From: Clostridia bacterium
GTDB taxonomy: Bacteria > Bacillota > Clostridia > Oscillospirales > Acutalibacteraceae
Assembly: GCA_017410605.1 (NCBI GenBank)
Contig: JAFQQN010000005.1
Coordinates: forward strand, 108,741-172,740
Direction: 5' to 3'
DNA: 64,000 bases
This document shows, piece by piece, positions 8,436 to 16,803 of the stretch (position 1 is its first letter; each line of letters starts with the position of its first letter). Under the pieces are notes generated by a model. That model saw nothing but the letters and a program-made list of their open reading frames with translations, was not told where the DNA came from and ran no database searches. The translations under genes were made by a program, and so were the position numbers.

Positions 8436-9776
8436 ATGGAAAAATATATTTCTCCAAATGAAGAAGGACTATTTGGCTCAACCGACAGCGAAACTATTCA
8501 AAATGCAATATGTATGGCTGAAAATGACGGTTGTCGTACCGTTTTAATCCCTCGCTACAATATGAGGACTGGTAAAAACGAATGGAGAATTTCCGAGAGT
8601 ATTAAGTTGCCGAGCAATTTTAACATATTTCTGGATAATTGCTATATGGTACAGGAGACCGGCACCTACGACAATATGTTCACAAACCTGTACTCCTGGG
8701 AACCCGAAAAATACAAGAAGCTTGAAAACGAACAGACAAACATTTCAATTATCGGACTTGGTAACGTAATACTCGACGGTGGTGTACATAATCACCTCAT
8801 GGAGAAAACGTCGGGTAAGTTCAATCAACCTCCGCTCCGACGAAACAATATGTTTCTTTGGATTAACGTAAGCGGCTTGAGAATTGAAAATCTTCATATA
8901 AGAAATCAGCGTTGGTGGGCGATAAACCATATGTTCTGCCGCAACGTCACGATAAAGGATATTGACTTTTATGCAATCCCCCACGTCAATAATATGGACG
9001 GTATTGATATGCGTATAGGCTGTAACAATTTCGATATTCGAAATATTACGGGACGCACAGGCGATGACGTTATAGCCATGACGGCTGTTCACGGCAAAGG
9101 CGAAATGGCATCTGCTGTGGAGGGCAAGGATCTAGACATTCACGACATTAAGATAAAGAATGTAAAGGCGGACCCGTACTATTGCTTCCTTGTCCGCATT
9201 CTCAACCACGACGGCTCAAATATATACAATATAGACATCGACACGGTTATGGACGTATCCGATTACACGAAAAAAATGCCTAGCGGAACATGCGTGGGCA
9301 TCGGAAGTAATATATACTCATTCGAACGTCCTGCAAATCACGGTGAAACAAGATGCATAAACGTTAAAAATATAACCTCACGCAGTCGCTCTGCGGTATT
9401 GGTCAGCAAAACTCTGTGCCATGCAGAATTTTCAAATATAAAGACCTATGGAGATAATATAGAGGGTTTTACCGTCTCCGATGGCTGTACACTCGAGGAT
9501 GTTCGTGTTAAGCATTTGTGGTACGGAGCAAAACAAGAGGAAATCTTAATGAGCAAAGAGTTAAAACCCGATCAATACCGTGGAACAGTCTTAAATTTGC
9601 CCTCTGCCAAGGGTGATATTAGTTTTTTCAATGTGAATGCCGATTTGGTGAAAACGTTTGTAAAAATAGGCGGTGAGGTTAATGTAACTATCGACGGATA
9701 TAGCCTTAACGATGCTATGAATACCTTTGAGGTTTCGCCTGAGAGCAAATTATTTTTGAATGGGGAGATAAAGTAA
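8436..9776 (+). CDS. Right-handed beta-helix protein, GH28/pectate-lyase-3-like, with no signal peptide
   Basis: N-terminal TDSETIQNAI...RTVLIPR motif, NMDGIDM and GRTGDDVIA (GH28-like NTD/DD boxes), and repeated xxIxN beta-helix turns. Confidence 0.65.
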   Translation: MEKYISPNEEGLFGSTDSETIQNAICMAENDGCRTVLIPRYNMRTGKNEWRISESIKLPSNFNIFLDNCYMVQETGTYDNMFTNLYSWEPEKYKKLENEQTNISIIGLGNVILDGGVHNHLMEKTSGKFNQPPLRRNNMFLWINVSGLRIENLHIRNQRWWAINHMFCRNVTIKDIDFYAIPHVNNMDGIDMRIGCNNFDIRNITGRTGDDVIAMTAVHGKGEMASAVEGKDLDIHDIKIKNVKADPYYCFLVRILNHDGSNIYNIDIDTVMDVSDYTKKMPSGTCVGIGSNIYSFERPANHGETRCINVKNITSRSRSAVLVSKTLCHAEFSNIKTYGDNIEGFTVSDGCTLEDVRVKHLWYGAKQEEILMSKELKPDQYRGTVLNLPSAKGDISFFNVNADLVKTFVKIGGEVNVTIDGYSLNDAMNTFEVSPESKLFLNGEIK

Positions 9777-9777
9777 T

Positions 9778-10599
9778 ATGTTGAATTTTAAATTACGCGG
9801 TTATCTTACCCCTGAGGATTTTTCGGGGAGTGATACCGAAAGAATACAAAAGGCTCTCGACACGTCACATTCGCAGGATATAGGTAGAGTTGTTCTATCC
9901 GGTAGCTATGAGGTTGATAAAACACTTTTTGTACATCCTATGACCGATCTCGTTTTTGAGAGAGCTACACTTTCTGCAACAGGCGCCTTCCCTCTTCTTG
10001 CCAACAAGAATCTGGATGAGAAGAAAAAGCACTTTTACTGCTTCCGCGACGAATTCATAACACTTCGCGGTGAGGGACGAATCGAGGGCGAAGTAGTGCT
10101 GTACAACGCCTTCCGCGTAAAAATCAACGGTATTGAGTTTGGCGGTGGATTGAAGCTTTTATTTACCGAGGAGGTAAGGCTCTACAACAGCAATTTTTCA
10201 GGCAAGTGCGGTATTCTAATGGGAATGGGCGCAAATAATTTTATTATGCAGAATTTATCCTCTAATTGTGACGGACCTGCCATAGTGATGGATGCATCAC
10301 ATATCCCCTATGACTACGTTGTCGGAAAAGAACCTGATATTCACGATATAATTCTGCAGGACTCAAGCTTTGGTGCAAGCTCGCCTGCCGTACTACTTAA
10401 CTCAACAGTTGATGCAAGAATATACAATATACAGATTGACCACATTAGCTCCGACGGTACTGTATTGAGTTTAGGAAAAAAGGATAACGAAGTTCCCCCG
10501 GAGTGCTACTTTAATCTTACGGCAGAAAATCTAACTTCAAAGCAAGGTGATAAAATTATTCTGAACGCCCCCACAAAGAACTGCTTCTTTAATGTATAA
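9778..10599 (+). CDS. Second right-handed beta-helix (pectate-lyase-3-like) protein, with no signal peptide
   Basis: SDTERIQKALD...GRVVLSGSYEVDKTLFV N-terminal motif. Its start is 2 nt after the upstream stop. Confidence 0.55.
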   Translation: MLNFKLRGYLTPEDFSGSDTERIQKALDTSHSQDIGRVVLSGSYEVDKTLFVHPMTDLVFERATLSATGAFPLLANKNLDEKKKHFYCFRDEFITLRGEGRIEGEVVLYNAFRVKINGIEFGGGLKLLFTEEVRLYNSNFSGKCGILMGMGANNFIMQNLSSNCDGPAIVMDASHIPYDYVVGKEPDIHDIILQDSSFGASSPAVLLNSTVDARIYNIQIDHISSDGTVLSLGKKDNEVPPECYFNLTAENLTSKQGDKIILNAPTKNCFFNV

Positions 10600-10698
10600 T
10601 TTACGCAGAAAAAAAGGGAATATAAAACGCTGATTACCGAACGATATATTTAATTGAGTTTATCATTACAATCAGCTATTTTTCATCATTTTCTCCTA

Positions 10699-10758
10699 AA
10701 AACAAATTGAACACATCATAACGTAATCCACGTGAATGATGTGTTCAATTTGTTTTTA
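10699..10758 (+). terminator. 20-bp perfect-stem hairpin plus T-run after the beta-helix pair
   Basis: AAACAAATTGAACACATCAT ... ATGATGTGTTCAATTTGTTT, followed by TTTATAGG. Confidence 0.6.
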
Positions 10759-10868
10759 TAGGAATTTAATAAAAGATGATTTCAGGTTGATGCTAAATTT
10801 ATCAAAAACTTGCTTCAAATTTGATAAAACCTCGCTATTTACTTGATAAAATCATGCTTTTTGTTCAA

Positions 10869-10935
10869 TTACTTGCTTGCCTCTTCAACTGCAACTGCAC
10901 AAGCAACAGTCATACCAACCATTGGGTTGTTACCT
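10869..10935 (-). repeat. Remnant copy 2 of the GGGtGRT gene 3' end
   Basis: Encodes ...RGNNPMVGMTVACAVAVEEASK*. 10891-10935 is an exact 45-nt direct repeat of 12850-12894. Confidence 0.9.
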
Positions 10936-11156
10936 CTCACTATAAACAGCCCTTTTTCCTTCTGCATAACATTTTTCTTTCTCATGACTGTTTTTTGCCT
11001 AAAAAACGGTGCTTTTCGGGGGTACTTGTCTTCCGGCGGCTCTATGTGGCTCTATCCGTTGTAGAAAAAATGTTGAAAAGATATTTTTTCTACATTTGAA
11101 AATCGTTATGTAGAAAAAAATCTCTCATATAATTTTTATAAATGTGTCTGTTTATC

Positions 11157-11759
11157 CTATTTCCCTGATAAACAAGACAAGAAACAATACAGATTAGATT
11201 CTTCTTTTTCTCTCCTATTCTTAAAATTCAAATAATATCTATGTGGGTATGGAGAAGATGTTTTAACATCAAAATATACCGAATTAAAATAATCTTCCTT
11301 GACAAGTTCAATTTTATTTAGGGGTATTAGGATTTTTGTGCCAATTAAATCTAAATATAAATTTTTATCACTAATTAAAAGATTTGCAAGAGTAGATAAT
11401 GTGTTTTTCTCAACATTCCAAAATGGACGGGATTCGTTATAACCTACGCTCTTCATACGACAACTGTTTTTCTCTTCAATAACAGTTAGAAATTTAGTAA
11501 CAAATATTGGATACTCGCCCTTTCTCATAATATCATCAAAATCATTTATATCTCTATCAAGCGATATGTTATTATAGTTTTTTTCTTGACACAACTCTAC
11601 AAAAGATTTAACTGCAGTTTTATGCTCTATGTTTCCATTCTCGTATTCTTTGCAAATATTCAATAGTGAATTACTATGCATTAAATATTTCTCGTGGCAT
11701 TCTTGATGTGCTACATCAAAAAATCGCTCTGTTTTTTTGCCACAGTAAATACATTTCAT
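11157..11759 (-). CDS. Hypothetical protein with an N-terminal CxxC...HxxCH zinc-ribbon-like motif
   Basis: 200 aa (MKCIYCGKKTERFFDVAHQECHEKY...), very AT-rich. I recognise no family. Confidence 0.6.
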   Translation of the reverse strand: MKCIYCGKKTERFFDVAHQECHEKYLMHSNSLLNICKEYENGNIEHKTAVKSFVELCQEKNYNNISLDRDINDFDDIMRKGEYPIFVTKFLTVIEEKNSCRMKSVGYNESRPFWNVEKNTLSTLANLLISDKNLYLDLIGTKILIPLNKIELVKEDYFNSVYFDVKTSSPYPHRYYLNFKNRREKEESNLYCFLSCLSGK

Positions 11760-11775
11760 TAAGTTCCACCAACTT

Positions 11776-12174
11776 TTAACTATATTGAAATATCTTTTTG
11801 ATTTTAACGGGTTTATTGCACTTTATAGCATAGTCAATCATTGACTTTGTACCCTTGCTTTTCTCGTCCCAAAAGCAAATAACATAGTCGCTGACCTCTG
11901 CCATTTGTTTATTTCGTTTTGGTCCAGCGCTTCTGCCGTAGGCTTTCCAATCGGCAGGGTATTTTTCAACCTTGAATCCGTTTTCTTCTGCATATCGTTC
12001 CCCGATAGTGTCAGCGCCACTTGCACAACCCGAAACGATAACTATATTGTTTTCTTTTCGGATATTTGATAAGCAATAATCAATATATAATTTTGCCTGT
12101 TCATAATTATTGTAATCTCTGCACCCTGCAATCACAACTCTTTTTGTGGTTAATTCCTTCTTAAACATAAACAC
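11776..12174 (-). CDS. DUF2493-type SLOG-superfamily protein
   Basis: VVIAGCRDY...VSGCASGADTIGERYA...YPADWKAYGRSAGPKRNKQM matches the DUF2493 signature (GGRD, GGxxGAD, PADW..GxxAGPxRN). Confidence 0.8.
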   Translation of the reverse strand: MFMFKKELTTKRVVIAGCRDYNNYEQAKLYIDYCLSNIRKENNIVIVSGCASGADTIGERYAEENGFKVEKYPADWKAYGRSAGPKRNKQMAEVSDYVICFWDEKSKGTKSMIDYAIKCNKPVKIKKIFQYS

Positions 12175-12260
12175 ACCTTTAAAATTTATATGGGGATTAT
12201 ATCCCCTTAATATTTAAGATTATAACCCCCATAATATTTATTGTCAAGGGGGGTACTATA

Positions 12261-12458
12261 ATGATTGTTTTTGATAAATTATGGAAAACTATGAAGCTTA
12301 AAGGTGTTACTACCTATAAATTAAGAGAATCCTGTGGAATTGACAGCAAAACCATAAGACGGCTCAAAGCCAACGAAAATATCGAAACAAAAACCATTGA
12401 TAAATTGTGCTCGGCTTTGGATTGTGATATATGCGACATAATGGAGTATAGAAAATAA
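12261..12458 (+). CDS. Small Xre/Cro-family HTH regulator
   Basis: 65 aa with a TTYKLRESCGIDSKTIRRL HTH. It is divergent from the SLOG gene, with a GGGGGG SD. Confidence 0.8.
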   Translation: MIVFDKLWKTMKLKGVTTYKLRESCGIDSKTIRRLKANENIETKTIDKLCSALDCDICDIMEYRK

Positions 12459-12470
12459 TTGTGTTTAAAT

Positions 12471-12500
12471 AAAGGGCGTTTTTCACCGCCCTTTATTTTT
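12471..12500 (+). terminator. Terminator after the Xre gene
   Basis: AAAGGGCG / CGCCCTTT stem followed by ATTTTTAT. Confidence 0.7.
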
Positions 12501-12532
12501 ATGGGTAGTATTTTCTTGAACATAATTACACC

Positions 12533-12562
12533 CAATAAAAAAGCACACCCCGAGGGGTGTGC
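12533..12562 (-). terminator. Strong terminator on the minus strand
   Basis: GCACACCC / GGGTGTGC stem followed by TTTTTTATT on the minus strand. Confidence 0.65.
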
Positions 12563-12585
12563 CGAAAAAGTGTTCCCTCAGTTTG

Positions 12586-12686
12586 TTGCGACGCAAACTG
12601 ACATTTCACCATACGGAGAAAAGGGTAACACCTTTTACCAAGGTATTATCCGTATGATGAAAAAAATTATTCAGTTCGCGTCGCAA
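12586..12686. ncRNA. Nested three-stem long hairpin, a candidate small RNA or 3'-UTR element
   Basis: P1 12586-12601/12671-12686 (16 bp, with one G-U in the minus-strand sense). P2 12610-12617/12649-12656 (8 bp). P3 12619-12624/12631-12636 (6 bp). Confidence 0.35.
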
Positions 12687-12775
12687 ATAGAGTTTAACAC
12701 ATTCGGTTGTTTTTTGCAAGTATTATACAAAAATTGCTCAGAAAAAGAAAAGCTTATGATATAATATAAATGTCA

Positions 12776-12800
12776 AGGGCTTGGGAAATCCCCAAGCCCT
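12776..12800 (-). terminator. Hairpin just downstream of the GGGtGRT stop
   Basis: AGGGCTTGGG / CCCAAGCCCT 10-bp stem. There is no clean U-tract. Confidence 0.4.
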
Positions 12801-12824
12801 ATATTAATTATCATACATTAAAAA

Positions 12825-13826
12825 TTACTTATTAAGCGCTTCGTGTACAGCAACTGCACAAGCAACAGTCATACCAACCATTGGGTTGTTACCTGCACCG
12901 ATAAGACCCATCATCTCAACATGGGCAGGAACAGAAGAAGAACCTGCAAACTGAGCGTCAGAGTGCATACGGCCCATTGTATCGGTCATACCATAGGAAG
13001 CAGGACCTGCAGCCATATTATCGGGATGGAGAGTACGGCCTGTACCGCCACCGGAAGCAACAGAGAAATATTTCTTGCCCTGTTCAATACATTCCTTTTT
13101 ATAGGTACCTGCAACGGGATGCTGGAAGCGAGTGGGGTTGGTAGAGTTACCGGTGATAGAAACATCAACGCCCTCGTTATGCATAATAGCTACGCCCTCG
13201 CGAACATCGTCGGCACCGTAGCAACGAACCTTTGCGCGTTCACCGTTGGAATAAGCGGTTTCCTTAACAATTTCAAGCTTACCTGTGAAATAGTCAAACT
13301 TAGTCTGAACATAGGTAAAGCCGTTGATTCTGGAAATAATTTGAGCGGCATCCTTACCAAGACCGTTAAGGATAACACGAAGAGGCTCTTTTCTTGCTTT
13401 ATTAGCGCTTCTTGCAAGACCGATAGCACCCTCAGCAGCAGCAAAGGATTCGTGACCGGCAAGGAAAGCAAAGCACTTTGTTTCTTCTCTAAGAAGCATT
13501 GCGCCAAGGTTACCGTGGCCAATACCAACCTTACGGTCGTCGGCAACAGAACCGGGAATACAGAAGGACTGAAGACCAAGGCCAATTTTTTCTGCAGCCT
13601 CTGCAGCAGAAGCAACCTTATCTTTAATTGCGATAGCACAGCCTACAACATAAGCCCAAGCAGCATTTTCAAAGCAGATAGGCTGAATGCCCTTAACAAT
13701 GTTATATGCATCTACACCTGCATTGTCACAGATTTCTTTAGCTTCTTCAATAGAAGCGATACCGTGCTTTGCAAGTTCAGCATTAATTTGATCTATTCTT
13801 CTTTCATAACTTTCAAATAAAGCCAT
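12825..13826 (-). CDS. GGGtGRT-family protein (conserved, function unknown)
   Basis: 333 aa containing the literal SGGGTGRTLHPDN signature. AAGGGAGG SD. Confidence 0.85.
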   Translation of the reverse strand: MALFESYERRIDQINAELAKHGIASIEEAKEICDNAGVDAYNIVKGIQPICFENAAWAYVVGCAIAIKDKVASAAEAAEKIGLGLQSFCIPGSVADDRKVGIGHGNLGAMLLREETKCFAFLAGHESFAAAEGAIGLARSANKARKEPLRVILNGLGKDAAQIISRINGFTYVQTKFDYFTGKLEIVKETAYSNGERAKVRCYGADDVREGVAIMHNEGVDVSITGNSTNPTRFQHPVAGTYKKECIEQGKKYFSVASGGGTGRTLHPDNMAAGPASYGMTDTMGRMHSDAQFAGSSSVPAHVEMMGLIGAGNNPMVGMTVACAVAVHEALNK

Positions 13827-13845
13827 TACGTTACGCCTCCCTTAA

Positions 13846-14538
13846 TTATTCTTCACGGGGGTCGATAAGCTTTGCAGCATCATCAACACGTCCGTACTGG
13901 CCGCTTGCTTTTTCTAAAGCTTCGTTAGCGTCCATACCCTTTTTAATCATATCCATCATTTTGCCAAGATGAACAAACTTATAACCGATAATAGCGCCGT
14001 CAGCATCAACTGCAACCTTGGTGATATAACCCTCAGCAAGTTCAAGATAACGGGGGCCTTTAACCTTTGTAGCATATGTAGTACCGGTCTGTGAACGGAG
14101 ACCCTTACCAAGGTCTTCAAGACCTGCACCAACAGGAAGACCGTCTTCAGAGAAGGCTGTCTGTGTACGACCGTAAACTATCTGTAAGAAAAGCTCTCTC
14201 ATAGCGGTGTTAATAGCGTCGCAAACAAGGTCGGTATTAAGAGCCTCAAGAAGAGTCTTGCCAACAAGAATTTCAGATGCCATAGCGGCAGAGTGGGTCA
14301 TACCTGAGCAACCAATGGTTTCAACCAAGGCCTCTTCAATAACGCCCTCTTTAACATTAAGTGAAAGCTTACAAGCGCCCTGTTGAGGTGCGCACCAGCC
14401 AATACCGTGTGTCAGGCCGGAAATATCTTTAACTTCCTTAACCTGAACCCATTTGCCCTCTTCCGGAATGGGAGCGGGGCCGTGATATGCACCCTTAGCA
14501 AGGGGGCACATTCTTTCTACTTCGCTCGAATACTTCAT
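13846..14538 (-). CDS. NifU-N/IscU-like scaffold-domain protein with a C-terminal extension
   Basis: GWCAPQQGACKLSLNV...ETIGCSGMTHSAAMASEILVGKTLLEA parallels the IscU Cys-containing blocks. AAAGGAG SD. Confidence 0.7.
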   Translation of the reverse strand: MKYSSEVERMCPLAKGAYHGPAPIPEEGKWVQVKEVKDISGLTHGIGWCAPQQGACKLSLNVKEGVIEEALVETIGCSGMTHSAAMASEILVGKTLLEALNTDLVCDAINTAMRELFLQIVYGRTQTAFSEDGLPVGAGLEDLGKGLRSQTGTTYATKVKGPRYLELAEGYITKVAVDADGAIIGYKFVHLGKMMDMIKKGMDANEALEKASGQYGRVDDAAKLIDPREE

Positions 14539-14588
14539 AAATGTACTCCTTTCGATTTGTAGTTGATTTAATACAACTGTACCTATTT

Positions 14589-14617
14589 ATTATAGCAACC
14601 TTTGACTAAAAACTCAA
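14589..14617 (-). promoter_or_regulatory. SigA-type promoter of the NifU-like/GGGtGRT operon
   Basis: Minus strand TTGAGT, 17 nt spacer, TATAAT, with a TGC extended -10. Confidence 0.6.
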
Positions 14618-14649
14618 TAGGTGTTTTAATAAAAATCGAAATTTGTTAA

Positions 14650-14697
14650 AAATTAAACAATCCACCCGTATCTTTTCAGGGTGGATTGTGATTTTTT
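14650..14697. terminator. Bidirectional terminator after the SBP gene
   Basis: ACAATCCACCC / GGGTGGATTGT 11-bp stem flanked by A/T runs. Confidence 0.7.
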
Positions 14698-14747
14698 GCA
14701 GTTTTAACAGGATATTTGTAACTATCGGCTTTAAAAAATACTACGCC

Positions 14748-15704
14748 TTATTGATAATAGAAGCTATCTCCCGGGGCCTTTTGACCTAAAGATACCATTC
14801 CGGCTGTATGAAGTGCATTTATATGCTTCTTTATAGCCTTTTTCATTTTTTTGCCATCTACGAAAGAAAACTCTGCCGATTTAAGAACAGTTTTTGCGGT
14901 TTCCAAATCTTCAAAAACCTTATATTCCACACAAAGCTTTGCTGTATCATCAATATGGGTCTTAACTATATCTACAGACTTTTCAATATCCTTCATAAGT
15001 TTTTTAACGGCCGATTTATTTTGCTCTAAAAACTCATCGGTCACAACAACACAGCCCTCAATAAAACCGGCATCTTCGGTAACAAAGTTCCAATCAGAGC
15101 GAAGATTCATAACCGAACGAAGGTTTTTATTTTTAGCAAGGGCCTTTGTTTTTATACCCTGAGTTGCAACACATATTTTAATGTTACCTTCCACCAAATC
15201 ATTTAAAAACTGTGTTTCATCAGTAGAATATTTAAAGCTTACTTGACCGTCTTTAACACCGTTTTTCTTAAGCAGATACCTTAAAACATATTCTTCCGAG
15301 GTGTTACGGCTTGAAAACTGAATTTCTTTATTTTTGAGGTCGCTTATTTTTTTAATCTCACTACCGTTTTCTATAAGGCTAACTTCACCGCTGTATGTAG
15401 TCGCCAAAACAGTAACTGTGCCACGCATTTTATTATAAAGGGTTGAAGCCATACTTGCAGGAACAATTGCAACATCGGCTTCTGTTCCCAACCTTCCTAT
15501 AACGCTTTGAGCAGTATAACAGGTGCTAAAGTTATAGCTAAGCTTAGACTCACCCGCGGTGTTTTTCTTCATAAGATTAACAAGTGACGCCGCATTCATA
15601 TCTCCCATTGCCACAATATTAACAGTTTTTGTTTCACTGCTACAACCCGAAAAAAGGCACAAAACCATACCTAAGCAAACTAAAAGACTTATTATTTTTT
15701 TCAT
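14748..15704 (-). CDS. Lipoprotein, NMT1/SsuA-like ABC substrate-binding protein (orphan)
   Basis: Start moved to MKKIISLLVCLGMVLCLFSGC (lipobox), with a GGGAGAG SD. No permease or ATPase gene is adjacent. Confidence 0.65.
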   Translation of the reverse strand: MKKIISLLVCLGMVLCLFSGCSSETKTVNIVAMGDMNAASLVNLMKKNTAGESKLSYNFSTCYTAQSVIGRLGTEADVAIVPASMASTLYNKMRGTVTVLATTYSGEVSLIENGSEIKKISDLKNKEIQFSSRNTSEEYVLRYLLKKNGVKDGQVSFKYSTDETQFLNDLVEGNIKICVATQGIKTKALAKNKNLRSVMNLRSDWNFVTEDAGFIEGCVVVTDEFLEQNKSAVKKLMKDIEKSVDIVKTHIDDTAKLCVEYKVFEDLETAKTVLKSAEFSFVDGKKMKKAIKKHINALHTAGMVSLGQKAPGDSFYYQ

Positions 15705-15775
15705 AATATCTCTCCCAAAACATTGTTTAAAACAGTATAACACATTACGGCAGTATTTTCTACCCGGTATTAATG

Positions 15776-16681
15776 TTATTTTTCAAAGCGGCTAAAAAAT
15801 TTAAAGGTCGAAGGCCAAACAGAACCGGCAAATACAACCATAACAAAATAAGAAAAGGCTCGTGAAAGTGGTTCGAAAGGAATAAAACCGAAAACAAAAT
15901 AACAAAGCTCTTTAACAGCAACCGTAAGGGCAAGACCGCCAATAAGCTTAATTATTTGTGCCCACCAAACAGCCTTGGTATTAAAATTAACATACCTTAC
16001 GTCAAGTTCATAAACAACCACCATTCCTAAAACGGCACCTAACATTTTATAGGCGTTTTTTATAGAGCTTACAAGCTCTGGTTCGGTAGCGGAATAAAGG
16101 GTTACTGTCATATATATAACCTGAAGAACAGAGATTAAAACCATTGAAGCAATTAAAATTCTCATTCCCTTTGGTTTTTTATTAATTATTTTGAAAATAA
16201 CACCAAAAAAGGCAATAAGCAATATTGCAATAGCAAATGAAACACCCACATCTAACGGGGTATGTACACCCAAATACATTCTTGAAAAGGGTACCAAAAG
16301 GCACAAAGCCAAGCATAAAACCTTAAAAGCAACATTTTTAAAGGAAACAAAAAGGGTCCCGAAAACCCCCACCGAGCTTTGGGTATGCCCGCTAGGGAAA
16401 GAATACCCCGTAGCCTCGGGTATTGCGCCCTCTACCGCCTTAAAGGATGGGTCTTTAACCCAAGGCCTTTCAATTTTAAAGGTAACCTTTAAAAGCTGAT
16501 TTATCTGAGTGCCGAGAAAACCAACAAAAAGCAGGTAATAACCCTTATATTTGTCTACACACCAAAGAACAAACATTGCCGCAACCATAAAGGGAATTTC
16601 CTCCCCTAAAAAGGTAACAGCCAACATTATTTTATCTAAAATGGGATTACGAATAGTTTCTAAAAAATAAAGAAAATCCAT
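15776..16681 (-). CDS. PAP2-family membrane phosphatase
   Basis: KxxxxRP (KIERPW), PSGH (FPSGHT) and SRxxxxxHxxxD (SRMYLGVHTPLD) motifs. Confidence 0.85.
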   Translation of the reverse strand: MDFLYFLETIRNPILDKIMLAVTFLGEEIPFMVAAMFVLWCVDKYKGYYLLFVGFLGTQINQLLKVTFKIERPWVKDPSFKAVEGAIPEATGYSFPSGHTQSSVGVFGTLFVSFKNVAFKVLCLALCLLVPFSRMYLGVHTPLDVGVSFAIAILLIAFFGVIFKIINKKPKGMRILIASMVLISVLQVIYMTVTLYSATEPELVSSIKNAYKMLGAVLGMVVVYELDVRYVNFNTKAVWWAQIIKLIGGLALTVAVKELCYFVFGFIPFEPLSRAFSYFVMVVFAGSVWPSTFKFFSRFEK

Positions 16682-16759
16682 AACACACCTCTCATTTCAT
16701 TTTTTCTTATTCAAAAGTATATCATAAAACAGAAGAATATTCAACGAATAATTAAAGCA

Positions 16760-16790
16760 AAAAGAAAACGCGGCGCCTACCGGCACCGCG
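16760..16790 (-). terminator. GC-rich terminator after the DUF1846 gene
   Basis: CGCGGCGCC / GGCACCGCG stem plus a T-run on the minus strand. Confidence 0.6.
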
Positions 16791-16803
16791 CAAGACTCAA
16801 AAC

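Noticed and set aside
12459-12764. 101-aa plus-strand ORF
   Set aside because: It spans two terminators and the nested hairpin, starts inside the Xre terminator, and has no SD.
12843-13820. 325-aa plus-strand ORF
   Set aside because: It is entirely antisense to the well-supported GGGtGRT gene, and its sequence is low-complexity and Cys/Thr/Asn-rich. This is a shadow ORF.
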